60,833 bases of DNA, taken from the NCBI RefSeq assembly GCF_006345805.1, contig NW_021834897.1, positions 1-60,833 on the forward strand. Reading direction: 5' to 3'. A program made the translations under genes and the position numbers. Shown piece after piece: positions 23,125 to 36,239 of this stretch. Position 1 is the first letter of the stretch. Each line of letters opens with the position of its first letter. This DNA is from Octopus sinensis. Taxonomy: Eukaryota. A model generated the notes under the pieces. The model saw only the letters and a list, made by a program, of their open reading frames with translations, was not told the DNA's origin and did not search any database.

Positions 23125-23156
<32 letters not shown>

Positions 23157-23157
23157 A

Positions 23158-23192
<35 letters not shown>

Positions 23193-23416
23193 CCTCTCTC
23201 TCTCTCTCCCCGTGTGTGTGTTTATATGACTGCCTATCTGTCTGCTTGTATCTGTCTGTCTACCTGTCTCAGTCTGTCTGCTTGTATGTCCATCTTTGTC
23301 TTTATGTCTGTCTGTATGTCTATCTGCCTGCCTCACTCTTTCACTTTCTCTCTCTCTCTCTCTCTCTCGCTCTCTCTCTCTCTCTCCCCCTCCTCTCTCC
23401 TCTCTCTATCTATCTA

Positions 23417-23450
<34 letters not shown>

Positions 23451-24050
23451 GTCTGTCTCTATCCGTCTACATGTCTATATGTCTGCCTGTCTCTCTCTCT
23501 ATCTCTTTATATCTTATTTCTTTATTCCCCACAGGGGGCTAATCATAGAGGGAACAAACAAGGAAAGACAAATGGATGGCAGAATCGTTAGCACGACGGG
23601 GAAAATGCTTAGCGACATTTCGTCTGTTTTCATGTTCAAATTCTGCCGAGGTCGACGTTACCTTTCTTCCTTTCAGAGTTGATAAATTAAGTACCAGTGA
23701 AACACTGAGGTCGATGTGGTTGTCTAGTCCCTTCCCACCAAATTTCAAGCCTTGTGCAAAATGCTTAGTGGCATTTCGTCTGTCTTTACATTCTGAGTTC
23801 AAATTCTGTTCAAACTGACATCGCCTTTTATCCTTACGGGGTCGATAAATAGGTACCAGTTGAACACTGGGTTCGATGTAATCGACTCATTCCCTACTCC
23901 GAAATTGCTGGTCTCGAGCCAAAATTTAAAGTGACCATTTACACACATCCTTAGCAATTCGATTTTCTATACCGCACCTATGTCCATCTTCAGTGGTAAT
24001 CCATCAATGTCCTTTAGATATGCGATCGTATGTTATTCCGGTTTCGTTAA

Positions 24051-24657
24051 TCTATCTATATATAAAACTCAACTTGTGTGTCTGTGTGTGTATCTGTGTG
24101 TGTGTCCGTGTGTTTAACTTCCCGGCACATCTCCTCCTAGCCAACAAATCGTAGAACCACCAAAAATGGGTCACTTAAAGTTTAGGCGAATGAAAATTGA
24201 ACTGCGCTATTTCTGTTCCGAAATCCATCTCGCAAGTGCAAAAATCGATAATGTGTTTGTTTAGGCCTTATCCCATGCATTGAATAGTGAACTTCACTCA
24301 GTCAGCTGTTTGACGTGAACTGTGTTCACCACGCGTGCAAGCATGTGTAAATTGCATGAAAAATAAAAAATCAAGATATAAAAACGAGTCGCCGTAAACA
24401 TTGTAGAAATTCGGCAAAGAAATGAATTTTCGGGATGTAGCCTGGAGGGTTTTTTTCGTATTAACCGTTTGGACTTTGTGAACACATACCAATTCTTTTC
24501 ATAACATTTTTAACGCTTTGAATCAAATGAGACCATTTTGCGTTGAGTCTGCAGTTTGAATCACTTTAACCAAATTTTAGCAGGCCGGATTTTTGATCAT
24601 CACGATACATCGCCAGCGACTCCCTGAAATCCCCGTAGAGCCGGGCAATGCTTCTAG
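24051..24657 (+). mobile_element. Non-autonomous Helitron-like element, copy 2 (within the duplication)
   Basis: Same TC and CTAG termini and hairpin as copy 1. Confidence 0.85.
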
Positions 24658-24863
24658 TTACCAATAAAATGGTATACACATTCTTTGGCTGCCAAAATAT
24701 TTATAATCCAACAAGCTGATGAAAATAATTCCTCGTTTTATAATTCGTTCTTTTCACAACATTAAAGTCATTTGATATGGTTGGCGATAATGCCAACAGT
24801 ATCGTCATTTGTTTTTATCCTGAAGAAGAATGGCGTCAGTTTCATTATGAACGGTCTGGTGGA

Positions 24864-24930
<67 letters not shown>

Positions 24931-25038
24931 GTCTGTCTGTCTGGCTATCCTCTTGTATCTCTGTATCTGTCTTTATCTGTCTCTGTCTGCTGCCTGTCTT
25001 TTTCTGTCCGTACACCTGTCTGTTTGTCTCTCTTTCTC

Positions 25039-25078
<40 letters not shown>

Positions 25079-25864
25079 CTCTCTCTCTTCCTCTCTCTCT
25101 CTCTCTCTCTCTCCCTTTCTCTCTCTCAGAACGTAGCAGCAGACGAAATACTGCAAAGCATTTCGCCCGGCGTGCTACCGTTTCTGCCAGCTCGCCTATC
25201 TCTCTATCTCTCTATCCATCTGTCTATCAGTCTGTCAACCAGCCTCTATCTCTATGTATGTCTTTGTTAGTCTATCTATCAATCTGAAAATCGATCAGTC
25301 TGTCTGTCTGTCGCTCCATCCTCGTCTGTCTGCTGAAGTTCCATAATATTTCCCCCATTGTTAACTTCGAAGAGAGGTAAACGCCTATATGAATGCCACA
25401 GAGTTTTGTCTCAAAACTGCTGAAATTTATTAACCAACAATATGTAGAGCAGCTCCTTTACGTGTCTATCTTTCTGAGTATATTTGGTCGAAGCTAATAA
25501 GGGAGATCCCGATACAGCGTGGGTTGTTAGTTGAGGAAATACCCCAACACGGGGACATCTGTTATCTGTAGTTCAGTGTAAATATTTCGTTTTTGTATTT
25601 GGTTTACGAGATTTTTGATATGAACTCGTGTGTTGAAACATGTTCTGTTTAATCTCGGGAGGATCATTATGTTAATAATAAACACACGCATTGACTGTGT
25701 TTCACTTCATTGTTTTCATTTGCGATTTGGTTAACCATAATCGATTAATTAATTGGTTAAAGGGTTAACCGTTGACAAAAACAAATGAAATTAAATAGGA
25801 TCAGGTCAGCAATTTGGGGGGAGGGAATAATTTAATTACATTGAAAACTTTGTTCGACTAGAAC

Positions 25865-26005
25865 TTATTTTATCAAACCTGAAAGGATAAAAGACAAAGC
25901 CGACATCGGCGAAATTTGAACTCTTGAACTCAGAACGTAAAGATGGGGCGAAATACCGCTAAGCATTTTGCCTGGCGTGCTAACAGTTCCGCCACCTCGC
26001 CGTCT
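25865..26005 (-). mobile_element. SINE family A fragment
   Basis: GAAAGGAT.AAAG.CAAAGCCGAC..GAATTTGAACTCAGAACG..GAAATACCGCTAAGC. Confidence 0.8.
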
Positions 26006-26204
26006 TAATAGTAATGATAGTAATGTTTTCAAATTTTGCCACCACACTCTTGCCTCCTGCCTCTAGCAGCTCACCTGCGACATACCGGCGTCCCGTCCAG
26101 GCGGAGAACCTATAAGCCAATGAAACCGGGGAACTGGCCCTTATGAGCCAAGCAGGGCTCGAGAAGGAACAAACAACAACAACACTTATTGGGATGTTGG
26201 TCTA

Positions 26205-26545
26205 CTACAGGAGTTCTCAAGTGGGGTCCACATGCCCTTTAGGGTCCACATGCCCTTTAGGGTCCACATGACTCTTTAGGGCACACATGACCCTTTGGGG
26301 TCCACATGATCCTTTGGGGTCCACATGCTCTTTAGCCTCCACATGACACTTTGGGGTCCACATGACTCTTTGGGGTCCATATAAGTTTTAGTTGTTAAAA
26401 TTTGTGCAATAGTTTGGTTATAATTCTACAATACACAAGCTATTTCAAGAATTTCTTTTATAATTCTTAATAATATTTAATCATAAAAATATAATGGGTT
26501 TGTTTTAAAGATGAGTAAAACAGGAATCGAAAGGGGGTCCATAAG
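26205..26545 (+). mobile_element. hAT-like MITE carrying an internal 19-20-bp tandem repeat
   Basis: CAGGAGTTCTCAA start; 8-9 GGGTCCACATG..CTTT units at 26222-26380. Confidence 0.55.
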
Positions 26546-26549
26546 TGAG

Positions 26550-26756
26550 AGGTGGGTGCTGAAAAGTTCTTGGCTTTAAGGGTATCGCGAAAGGCCTGGC
26601 TGAAGACCCAACCTTCCGAATTCTTTTACTGGGTTCAGAAAAGCTGAAGGACCGATGCAATAACTGTGAATCTGAGAGGAGAACACGTTGAATAAAAAGG
26701 TAACTTATCTTCCCGTATTTCCTTTTACTCCAAACCAGCAACTTTTCAGCACCCGC
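26550..26756 (+). mobile_element. Mariner-like MITE
   Basis: TIRs GGGTGCTGAAAAGTT / AACTTTTCAGCACCC; residual KLKDRCN..LRGEHVE*. Confidence 0.8.
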
Positions 26757-26769
26757 TTAAAGTATTTAT

Positions 26770-27315
<546 letters not shown>

Positions 27316-27470
27316 TGACCTATTTGCCATTTGAATATGGCTAACCCTAAGGGTGGTGCTACTGGTTTGTAGCCCAGGAAGATATCTCCTCCAGCTGGCT
27401 ATAGAAACACTATCTGTGTCCTTCAGTATTTGTGAAGGGAAGTCATCCTCCCCGTCTTCAACTATGATTA

Positions 27471-27516
27471 CACACGGACTCGAGTTTCAAAACGTGTTAC
27501 CTATCATCAGCGTGTG
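27471..27516 (-). ncRNA. Type-I hammerhead motif with GUC cleavage triplet and weak stem II
   Basis: Minus strand: CACACG CUGAUGA UAGGUAACACGUUUU GAAACUCGAGUC^CGUGUG; 6-bp stem I, palindromic ACUCGAGU stem III. Confidence 0.6.
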
Positions 27517-27601
27517 GACAATCATGGTGATGTCGACGCAAATATGCGTCACGATGTGTTACCGCTACTGTTTATAACTCGCTCTGAGATTTATCATTAT
27601 A

Positions 27602-27641
<40 letters not shown>

Positions 27642-27674
27642 TATGTATGTATATATCATATAGACACGGGGTGG

Positions 27675-27890
27675 GGAGAGTGCTGTAAAGCTTCTGGCTT
27701 TAAATGTATTTTGAAAAAGTCTTGTTCGGGGCTCACCCTTCCGAGTTCTTTTACTGGGTTCAGGAAAAAAACTGAAGGACCGCCGCAATAAGTATGGGAA
27801 TCTGAGAATGGGAATACGCTGAATAAAAACGTAACTGACCTTCCTGTATTTCCTTTTTACCCCAAAACCGGCAACTTTTCAGCACCCCCA
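27675..27890 (+). mobile_element. Mariner-like MITE, second diverged copy
   Basis: Aligns with 26550-26756; right TIR AACTTTTCAGCACCC. Confidence 0.75.
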
Positions 27891-28154
27891 CCCCCACCCC
27901 ACCCCTCGTAGATCTGGTGTGATCTTTGTGATTACAAAACGGAACTAATAAGGTTACAGTTGGAACTGTTGGAGCTGCAAATATTTTAATCACATACACA
28001 CACACACACACATACACACATTCACACTCATACACACACACAGAGTATTATTGATAAATGGAACAATCATCTAATTAGTTTTATTTATTTAACGCGTGCT
28101 TTCACCACCCAACCTAACGACCTGTGTCAGTCTCTGCGTGTGTGTGTCCTTGTG

Positions 28155-28350
28155 TTTGTCTCCACCACCACCACTACCACCACCACCACCACCAACACCA
28201 CAACCAACACCAACACCACCACCACCACCACAACCAACACCACCACCAACACCACAACCAACACCAACACCACCACCACCACCACCACAACTAACACCAC
28301 CACCAACACCACAACCAACACCACAGCCAACACCACCACCACCACCACTT
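28155..28350. repeat. (ACC/AAC)n compound microsatellite
   Basis: Direct reading. Confidence 0.95.
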
Positions 28351-28514
28351 GATAACCAGTGTAGGTTGTTTTGGTTTTTTCTTTTGCGTTTATGTAACTT
28401 AGAGGTTCGACAAAAGAATGCTGATAGAGATTTTAGGAAAATGAGTACTGAGGTCGATTTGTTTCACTGAAACCCTTCAAGTGCAGTGGCGGGAACAAGC
28501 AAAATGTAAAAGAT

Positions 28515-28910
28515 ATGCACACACACACGCACGCACACACACACACACACACAACACACACACGTACATACATACCCGCACGCACACACACGCACAATCA
28601 CACATTCCACACACACACACACACACACACGCACATGCACACGTACACACACACACAAACAAACACGTACACGTATACCCGCACGCACACACATGCACTT
28701 GCACACACACACACACACGCACACGTACACACACACAAACAAATAAACACGTACACGCATACCCGCACGCACACACACACACACAATCACACATTCCACA
28801 CACACACACACACACACACAACACACGCACATGCACACACTCCCCCCAAACATATCCACAAACACGAACACGCATACTCGCACGCACACACACACACACA
28901 ATCACACATC

Positions 28911-28944
<34 letters not shown>

Positions 28945-29124
28945 TGCACACACTCCCCCCAAACATATCCACAAACACGAACACGCATACTCGCACGCAC
29001 ACACACACACAATCACACATTCCACACACACACACACACACACACACGCACATGCACACACTCCCCCAAGCATATCCACAAACACGAACACGCATACTCG
29101 CACGCACACACACACACAATCACA

Positions 29125-29164
<40 letters not shown>

Positions 29165-29562
29165 TGCACACACTCCCCCCAAACATATCCACAAACACGA
29201 ACACGCATACCCGCACGCACACACACACACAATCACACATTCCACCACACACACACACACACACACACAACACGCACGCACATGCACACACTCCCCCCAA
29301 ACATATCACCAAACACGAACACGCATACCCGCACGCACACACACACACACCACACACACACACCACACACACACACACACACACCACACACACACGCACA
29401 CGTACACACACACAAACAAATAAACACGTACACGCATACCGCACGCACACACACACACACAATCACACATTCCACACACACACACACACACACACGCACA
29501 CGTACACACACACAAACAAATAAACACGTACACGCATACCCGCACGCACACACACACACACA

Positions 29563-29613
<51 letters not shown>
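28515..29613. repeat. CA-derived higher-order minisatellite
   Basis: Recurring anchors AATCACACATTCC, CTCCCCCAAACATATCCACAAACACGAAC and AAACAAATAAACACGTAC separated by variable (CA)n. Confidence 0.92.
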
Positions 29614-29616
<3 letters not shown>

Positions 29617-29904
29617 ATATTTATAGTAGAAAGAGATAACAATTATGCATTCATACATATCTACATATCTCTACACGCACATGTGCGTGACTGTGAATAT
29701 ATATTCTTTACAAAAGAAGCTACACACATAATAGAAAATAAACCTAGCCTGAATAGAAAACTAGAATGGAACACTAGCACACACCACAACATATGACGGT
29801 AGAGGATCCTGAAAACATAATAAATACACAGATAAATAAACAAATAGAAATAAATAACTATATATATATATATTTTTTTTTAATTATTATTATTACTAGT
29901 ATTG

Positions 29905-30145
29905 TTGTTATACATGGAGGCGCAATGGCCTAGTGGTTAGGGCAGCGGACTTGCGGTCGGAGGATCGCGGTTTCGATTCCCAGACCGGGCGTTGTGTGTG
30001 TTTATTGAGCGAAAAAAAAAAACACCTAAAAGCTCCACGAGGCTCCGGCAGGAGGTGGTGATCCCTGCTGTACTCTTTCACCACTCTAAAGGCGGTGCTC
30101 CAGCATGGCCGCAGTCAAATGACTGAAACAAGTACAAAAAAAAAA
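29905..30145 (+). mobile_element. Chimeric SINE: family-B 5' half joined to family-C 3' tail and poly(A)
   Basis: GGAGGCGCAATGGCC..GATCCCTGCTGTACTCTTTCACCACTC followed by TAAAGGCGGTGCTCCAGCATGGCCGCAGTCAAATGACTGAAACAAGTAC(A)n. Confidence 0.8.
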
Positions 30146-30651
30146 AAAAAAAAATACATACATAAATACATACAAGCATATGTAATGATGATAATAAAGG
30201 GATGTAAACACATGAACAAAATAAGAATAAACAAAATCAACAACAAAAACAAATTACATGAACGTATATAAACAGAAGATACAAATATTACAGACATCCC
30301 CCCCAAACACACTAAATAAACATAGACGCACATAAAGATAAAAGCATACGCAAATGAAGACATACAATAGAAATATAAAATGGCTGACGGTTAGTAAGGA
30401 GAGACACTAATAAGAAAGAAGAAAACAAAGGACCACTGATGCGGTCACAGGAGTGTGACGAAAGAACTCTGCCCGAAATAAGATTAAGATTAATGTAAAA
30501 AATAAATAACACTGAAGCAAAGTAACACCGAAAATATAGTGCGTGTGTTTTTATTGGCTAAACTGGAAAAATGACCATTCCGAAATATAACAATAAAGAT
30601 ATATATATATATATATTATATATATATATATAATTTTAATCCAAACGGGAA

Positions 30652-30705
<54 letters not shown>

Positions 30706-30726
30706 ATATATGTATATATATAAATG

Positions 30727-30759
<33 letters not shown>

Positions 30760-31448
30760 TATATATAAAATTAATATTAATTTATCTCCCTCATTATTTA
30801 AATTTATATATGTATATTTATATGTTTGTGTGTGTGTGGAGTCGCAATGGCCCAGTGGTTAGGGCAGCGGACCCGCGGTCGTAGGATGGGGGGGGGCGAT
30901 CCCTGCTGTACTCTTTTGCCGCATCTTTCTCTCACTCTTTCTTCTCAACTGAATGGCTGGCTGTAGCCTTAAAAAGCAAATAAAATTCACATTCGATCAC
31001 AGCACCAATAACAGTTAAGCCTCGTGCAATGACCATACTCGATAACGAGGGGGCAGCCATCATGTATGTATGTATGTAGTATGTATGTATGTATGTATGT
31101 ATGTATGTATGTATGTATGTATGTATGTATGTATGTATGTATGTATGTATGTATGTTTGTATGTATGTATGTATCACCTGGAGATTATGTGATCGATTGT
31201 TTATTTCCCAAGTTATTTTGTATTTTTGTATTCAGATGTAATGTTTTGTTGCACTTCAACATGGCTGTTCCGCACGTAACGACTCTACTGCCATTTTTAA
31301 TGCCAAGAGAATGCCCCCTCTAGCTGGTTATCGATGCAATCTACTCCCGATATATATTTCAAGCAGGTGAGCGAACCCCTATCAGCATCTAGTGACTTGA
31401 GAGAACCACCCTACCTGCAATATAAATCGGGTGTAAATTGCATCAATA

Positions 31449-31627
31449 ACCACAGATTTGCTCGTCAGTTGTTTGACCGTAACCAGTTGAGCATGTCCCT
31501 TAGTGGCTGACGATATGTGCATCTCTGATCACAAGCAGAAGTAGTGGGGGAGCATCATAGCCATGTGTTGAGAGGAATTCTTTAGAGTTTAAATAATTCA
31601 CCTCTGGAAACATGGGTGTTTCATTCA
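31449..31627 (+). mobile_element. Internal fragment of the 560-bp element
   Basis: CCACAGATTTGCTCGTCAG..CTCTGGAAACATGGGTGTTTCATTCAAC. Confidence 0.85.
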
Positions 31628-32403
31628 ACTACCTCCTTTTGAAGTTAAAAATGTTAGTCACGTCGGTTGGTACGGAACAGCCATATTGGAGTGATGACAA
31701 ACATTACTTCTCGGTGCAGCTACTACTTTAATCTCTTATAGAGATTTTCTATCGAGCTATGCGTTTCATTAAATGTCTGCTGGAAAAGGTTTTGTCTTGT
31801 AACGTGGCAAAATGCCTTCAGGTTTCAGATTTGATTGTCAGGCTTGATTTTAAAAATAAATATCCAAACTCCACTTTAACCGTTCAGCACTCCATCAACT
31901 GATCTATTTATGTCTAGTAACTGTTAAGTGTCACAATTGCGATTCGTGGTGGAGACACGTCTGAACGCAATAAATTTATCTGATAAATCTGGTGACATCT
32001 ACCGTTATGATGGGTTAAAAAGGCGGCATATTTCATTATGATAGATTAACCTGAGTGTCGTAACACAACAATCGCACTCATCAATGAAAGGGCTTCCACA
32101 TAGTCATTCGTCTTGTTGGAAATAGCAGCCACCGCTCCCTACTGACAAAATCATGGTCTACCTTCTCAAAAGAATGAAAAGACACATTCGATAATGCAGT
32201 CATGAATATACGATGTCTGGAAAAAGACGGAATGGTTGCGGTTTTCTTCTTCTCCTTCTCCTCCACCTCCTCCTCCACCCTTCACCCTCCTCCTCCATCC
32301 CCTCCACCTCCTCCTCCATCCCCTCCGCCTACTACTACTAACATTACAGCTACTACTACTACTACTACTACTACCACTGCCACTACTACTACTACTACTA
32401 CTA

Positions 32404-32460
<57 letters not shown>

Positions 32461-32473
32461 ACTACAAATAATA

Positions 32474-32513
<40 letters not shown>

Positions 32514-32514
<1 letters not shown>

Positions 32515-33072
32515 TGCCCTGATGCAGTACCAGGCAGTGGCTCTCGTGGCTTCTGATCTTAACTGATTGGAAGTGTTATCATGTACATTGTTTTGTCTTG
32601 GTATAAAAGATGGGCTACAGCAAATATTCTGCTCAATCCCTCAGATTTGCTCGTCAGTTGTTTGACCTTAACCAGTTGAGCATGTCCCTTAGTGGCTGAC
32701 GATATGTGCATCTCTGATCACAAGCAGAAGTAGTGGGGGAGCATCATGGCCATGTGTTGAGAGGAATTCTTTAGAGTTTAAATAATTCACCTCTGGAAAC
32801 AGGGGTGTTTCATTCAACATCCTCAAAAAATCTTTATTTAAGGACCATTTGAGCGGGATGGGCTACTCAAGCACAAGAAACTTGTAACTGGGCTCCACTT
32901 GCAAGGTCATCCGCTGTTTTCCTTGATATGAGGTCACCATGTCGCGCACATATGGTTGTGATGTATGTGCCTGGTGTACCCTTGTCAGACGGGTAGTCAT
33001 GATGGGTATACTGACTTCGTATATTTTACTCCAGTGTCACTTTGATGGCATGCGCTGCTCTCTCTCTCTCAC
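32514..33072 (+). mobile_element. 560-bp (AAT)n-associated element, apparently full length
   Basis: Starts ATGCCCTGATGCAGTACCAGGCAGTGGC; (AAT)n on both sides. Confidence 0.92.
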
Positions 33073-33139
<67 letters not shown>

Positions 33140-33169
33140 TGATGATGATGATAATAACAATAATAATAA

Positions 33170-33385
33170 TCCTTTCCTCTATAGGTACAAGACCTGAAAT
33201 TTGAGGATAGCGGGCCAGTCGATTAGATCGACCCCAGTACGTAACTGGTACTTAATTTATCGACCCCGAAAGGATGAAAGGCAAAGTCGACCTCAGCAGA
33301 ATTTGAACTCAGAACGTAAAGACAGACGAAATACCAGCCAAGCGTTTCGCCCGGCGTGCTAACGTTTTTACCAGCTTGCCACCTT
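33170..33385 (-). mobile_element. SINE family A with tail B, flanked by (AAT)n
   Basis: Family motifs on the minus strand. Confidence 0.85.
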
Positions 33386-33386
33386 C

Positions 33387-33441
<55 letters not shown>

Positions 33442-33739
33442 TAATACTAATAATATTGTTACGACTTTTGCTATTACTACTACTTTGTTATTCATGACAC
33501 GCGATGAAGGGTGTTCCAACCATGACATTCCAATCCTTTATACATTCCTAACAATTGATAATCGAACGCGCCCTTTCCTCTTTTAAAGTGGCATGGTAAA
33601 ATTCGAGGGGATTTGCTTGCTATTTCTGGTAGGTCAGTCGCACCCGCACAGAGGCTTCTTCATTGGCTTCCATGACGACGACCATGACGACGACGACGAT
33701 GACGATGATGATGATGATGACGACGATGACGACGATGAC

Positions 33740-33770
<31 letters not shown>

Positions 33771-34059
33771 TCGACGACGGGCGTCGGCGGTGACGGCGAC
33801 AGCGACGAACGATGCCTCCCCGTCCGATAAAAAAAAATGCCGCTACACAGAAACTCAACTGGGGAATGTTGGGCTGGAACCCACATCCACCAGATCAGCT
33901 GTCATTACGACCAAGATGAGCATGACTACAAAATTAACTTAATTACACCTCAATTAACATATGTGAGTTTGTTTTATTTTTTAATTAAAGCTTTTGTTTG
34001 CAGTTCCACTCCTTATATTCACAAACAAGTGTTGTTTTTACTCATTATTTATATTTTTA

Positions 34060-34128
34060 TTGTTATTGTAGTTGCTGCTGCTGCTACTGTTGTTGTTGTT
34101 GTTGTTGTTGTTGTTATCATCATCATCA

Positions 34129-34189
<61 letters not shown>

Positions 34190-34256
34190 CCTCGTCCCCA
34201 TCATCATCATCATCATCATCATCATCATTATAATAATAATAATAATAATAATAATA

Positions 34257-34326
<70 letters not shown>

Positions 34327-34364
34327 TATTATTATTATTATTATTATCATCATCATTATTATTA

Positions 34365-34407
<43 letters not shown>

Positions 34408-34430
34408 TATTATTAGTAGTAGTAGTAGTT

Positions 34431-34480
<50 letters not shown>

Positions 34481-35138
34481 CTTTAAGTTGTGAGTTCGAA
34501 TTTTGCCGAGAGCGACTTTGCCTTTCATTCTTTTAGGATCGATGAAATAAGTACCAGTTATGCACTGGGGTCGTCTAGCCCTTTTCTCCTCTTAAAAAAA
34601 AAAAGGCTTCATCCCTTGTGCTTACGGTAAAAAGGATTATTATTACCATTATTAGGGCATAGAGATAGCAGAATGGCTGGCGCGTCGAACAAAACGCCTG
34701 AAGCCATTTCTTCCGATTATTTAAGTTCTGAGTTCAAGTTCCGGCGAAACCGACATTGCTTTTCATTCTTTCAGGGGGTCGATAAAATATGTACCAGTGG
34801 GGAACTGGGGAACCGATATATTCGACTGACGCTCCTACCCAAATATCAGGTCAAAATTAGAATCGTTGTTATTTGTTTAAGCCTTATGTTTATATTAGAA
34901 GCAATTCAAACAATGCCCCTCCCCTCAAAAATTACTCGCCTTGTGCCAGAATTTGAAATAATAGCGACGTTATTTTTTTATTGCTTAATTTCATAAATTG
35001 TTTTTTTTTAATTTTATTCTTAACATTGTGTGCCAAACCCCTCTTTTCTCTTTCGTATTGTAGTGTGCTTGTTTGTTTTTTGTTTGCCCTTTATCATCTT
35101 CATCATCATCATCATCATTGTTATTATTATTATTATTA

Positions 35139-35170
<32 letters not shown>

Positions 35171-35553
35171 CATTATCATTATTGTATTATTATCATTATT
35201 ATTATCATTATTATTATCATATTATTATTATTATATTATTATTATTATTATCATCATCATATTATTATCATATATTATTATTATTATTATATATTATTAT
35301 CATTTTATTATCATTATTATTATTTATTATTATTATCATTATTATTATCATTATTATCATATTATATTATTATATTTATTTTATTATTATTATTATTATT
35401 ATTATTATATTATTATATTATTATTATTATCATTATATATTATTATTATTATTATTATATCATTATATTATTATCATTATTATTATTTTATTATTATTAT
35501 TATTATTTATTATTATTATTATTATCATCATCATTATTATTATCATATTATTA

Positions 35554-35599
<46 letters not shown>

Positions 35600-35690
35600 C
35601 ATCATCATTATTATTATCATTATTATTATCATTATTATTATCATTATTATTATTATATTATATTATATTATTATATTATTTATTATTTAT
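34060..35690. repeat. Large (ATT/ATC/AGT)n microsatellite region with embedded SINE-A remnants (34485-34960)
   Basis: Direct reading. Confidence 0.9.
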
Positions 35691-35691
35691 T

Positions 35692-36211
35692 GAGTGAGAG
35701 AGAGAACAGTGCATGCCATCAAAGTAACAGTGGGGTAAAATATACGAAGCCCAGTATACCCACCATGACTACCCGTCTGATAAGGGTACACTAGTCACAT
35801 GCATCACAACCAAGATTAACAGTACACCACCATACAAGTGGGGGTCCAGTTAGAATTTTCTTCTGGTCGAGTAACCCATCCTTCTCAAAAGGTCCCTGAA
35901 TAAAGTTTATTTAAGGATGTTGAATGAAACCACCATGTGAATTATTCGAACCCCAAAGAATTCCCCTCAACACATGCTACGATGCCCCCCTATTACTTCT
36001 GCTCATGATCAGAGATGCACATATCGTCAGCCACAAAGGGATATGGTCAACTGGTTATGGTCAAACAACTAACAAGCAAATCTGTGGTATTGAGCAGAAT
36101 ATTTGCTGTAGCCCATCTTTTATACCAAGACAAAACATGTATATGAGAACACTTCCAATCAGTTAAGATCAGAGGCCATGAGAGCCACTGCCTGACACTG
36201 CATCAGGGCAT
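35692..36211 (-). mobile_element. 560-bp (AAT)n-associated element
   Basis: Reverse complement of 32514-33072 with an internal deletion; (ATT)n on both sides. Confidence 0.9.
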
Positions 36212-36239
36212 ATTATTATTGTTGTTGTTGTTATTGTTA

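Larger units (their letters stand above)
21671..25125 (+). repeat. Local tandem duplication, offset ~1.9 kb (SINE-A pieces, Helitron-like element, CTGT/CT tract)
   Basis: 21671-~23210 aligns with 23577-~25125, with scattered substitutions and an 18-bp indel near the start. Confidence 0.93.
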
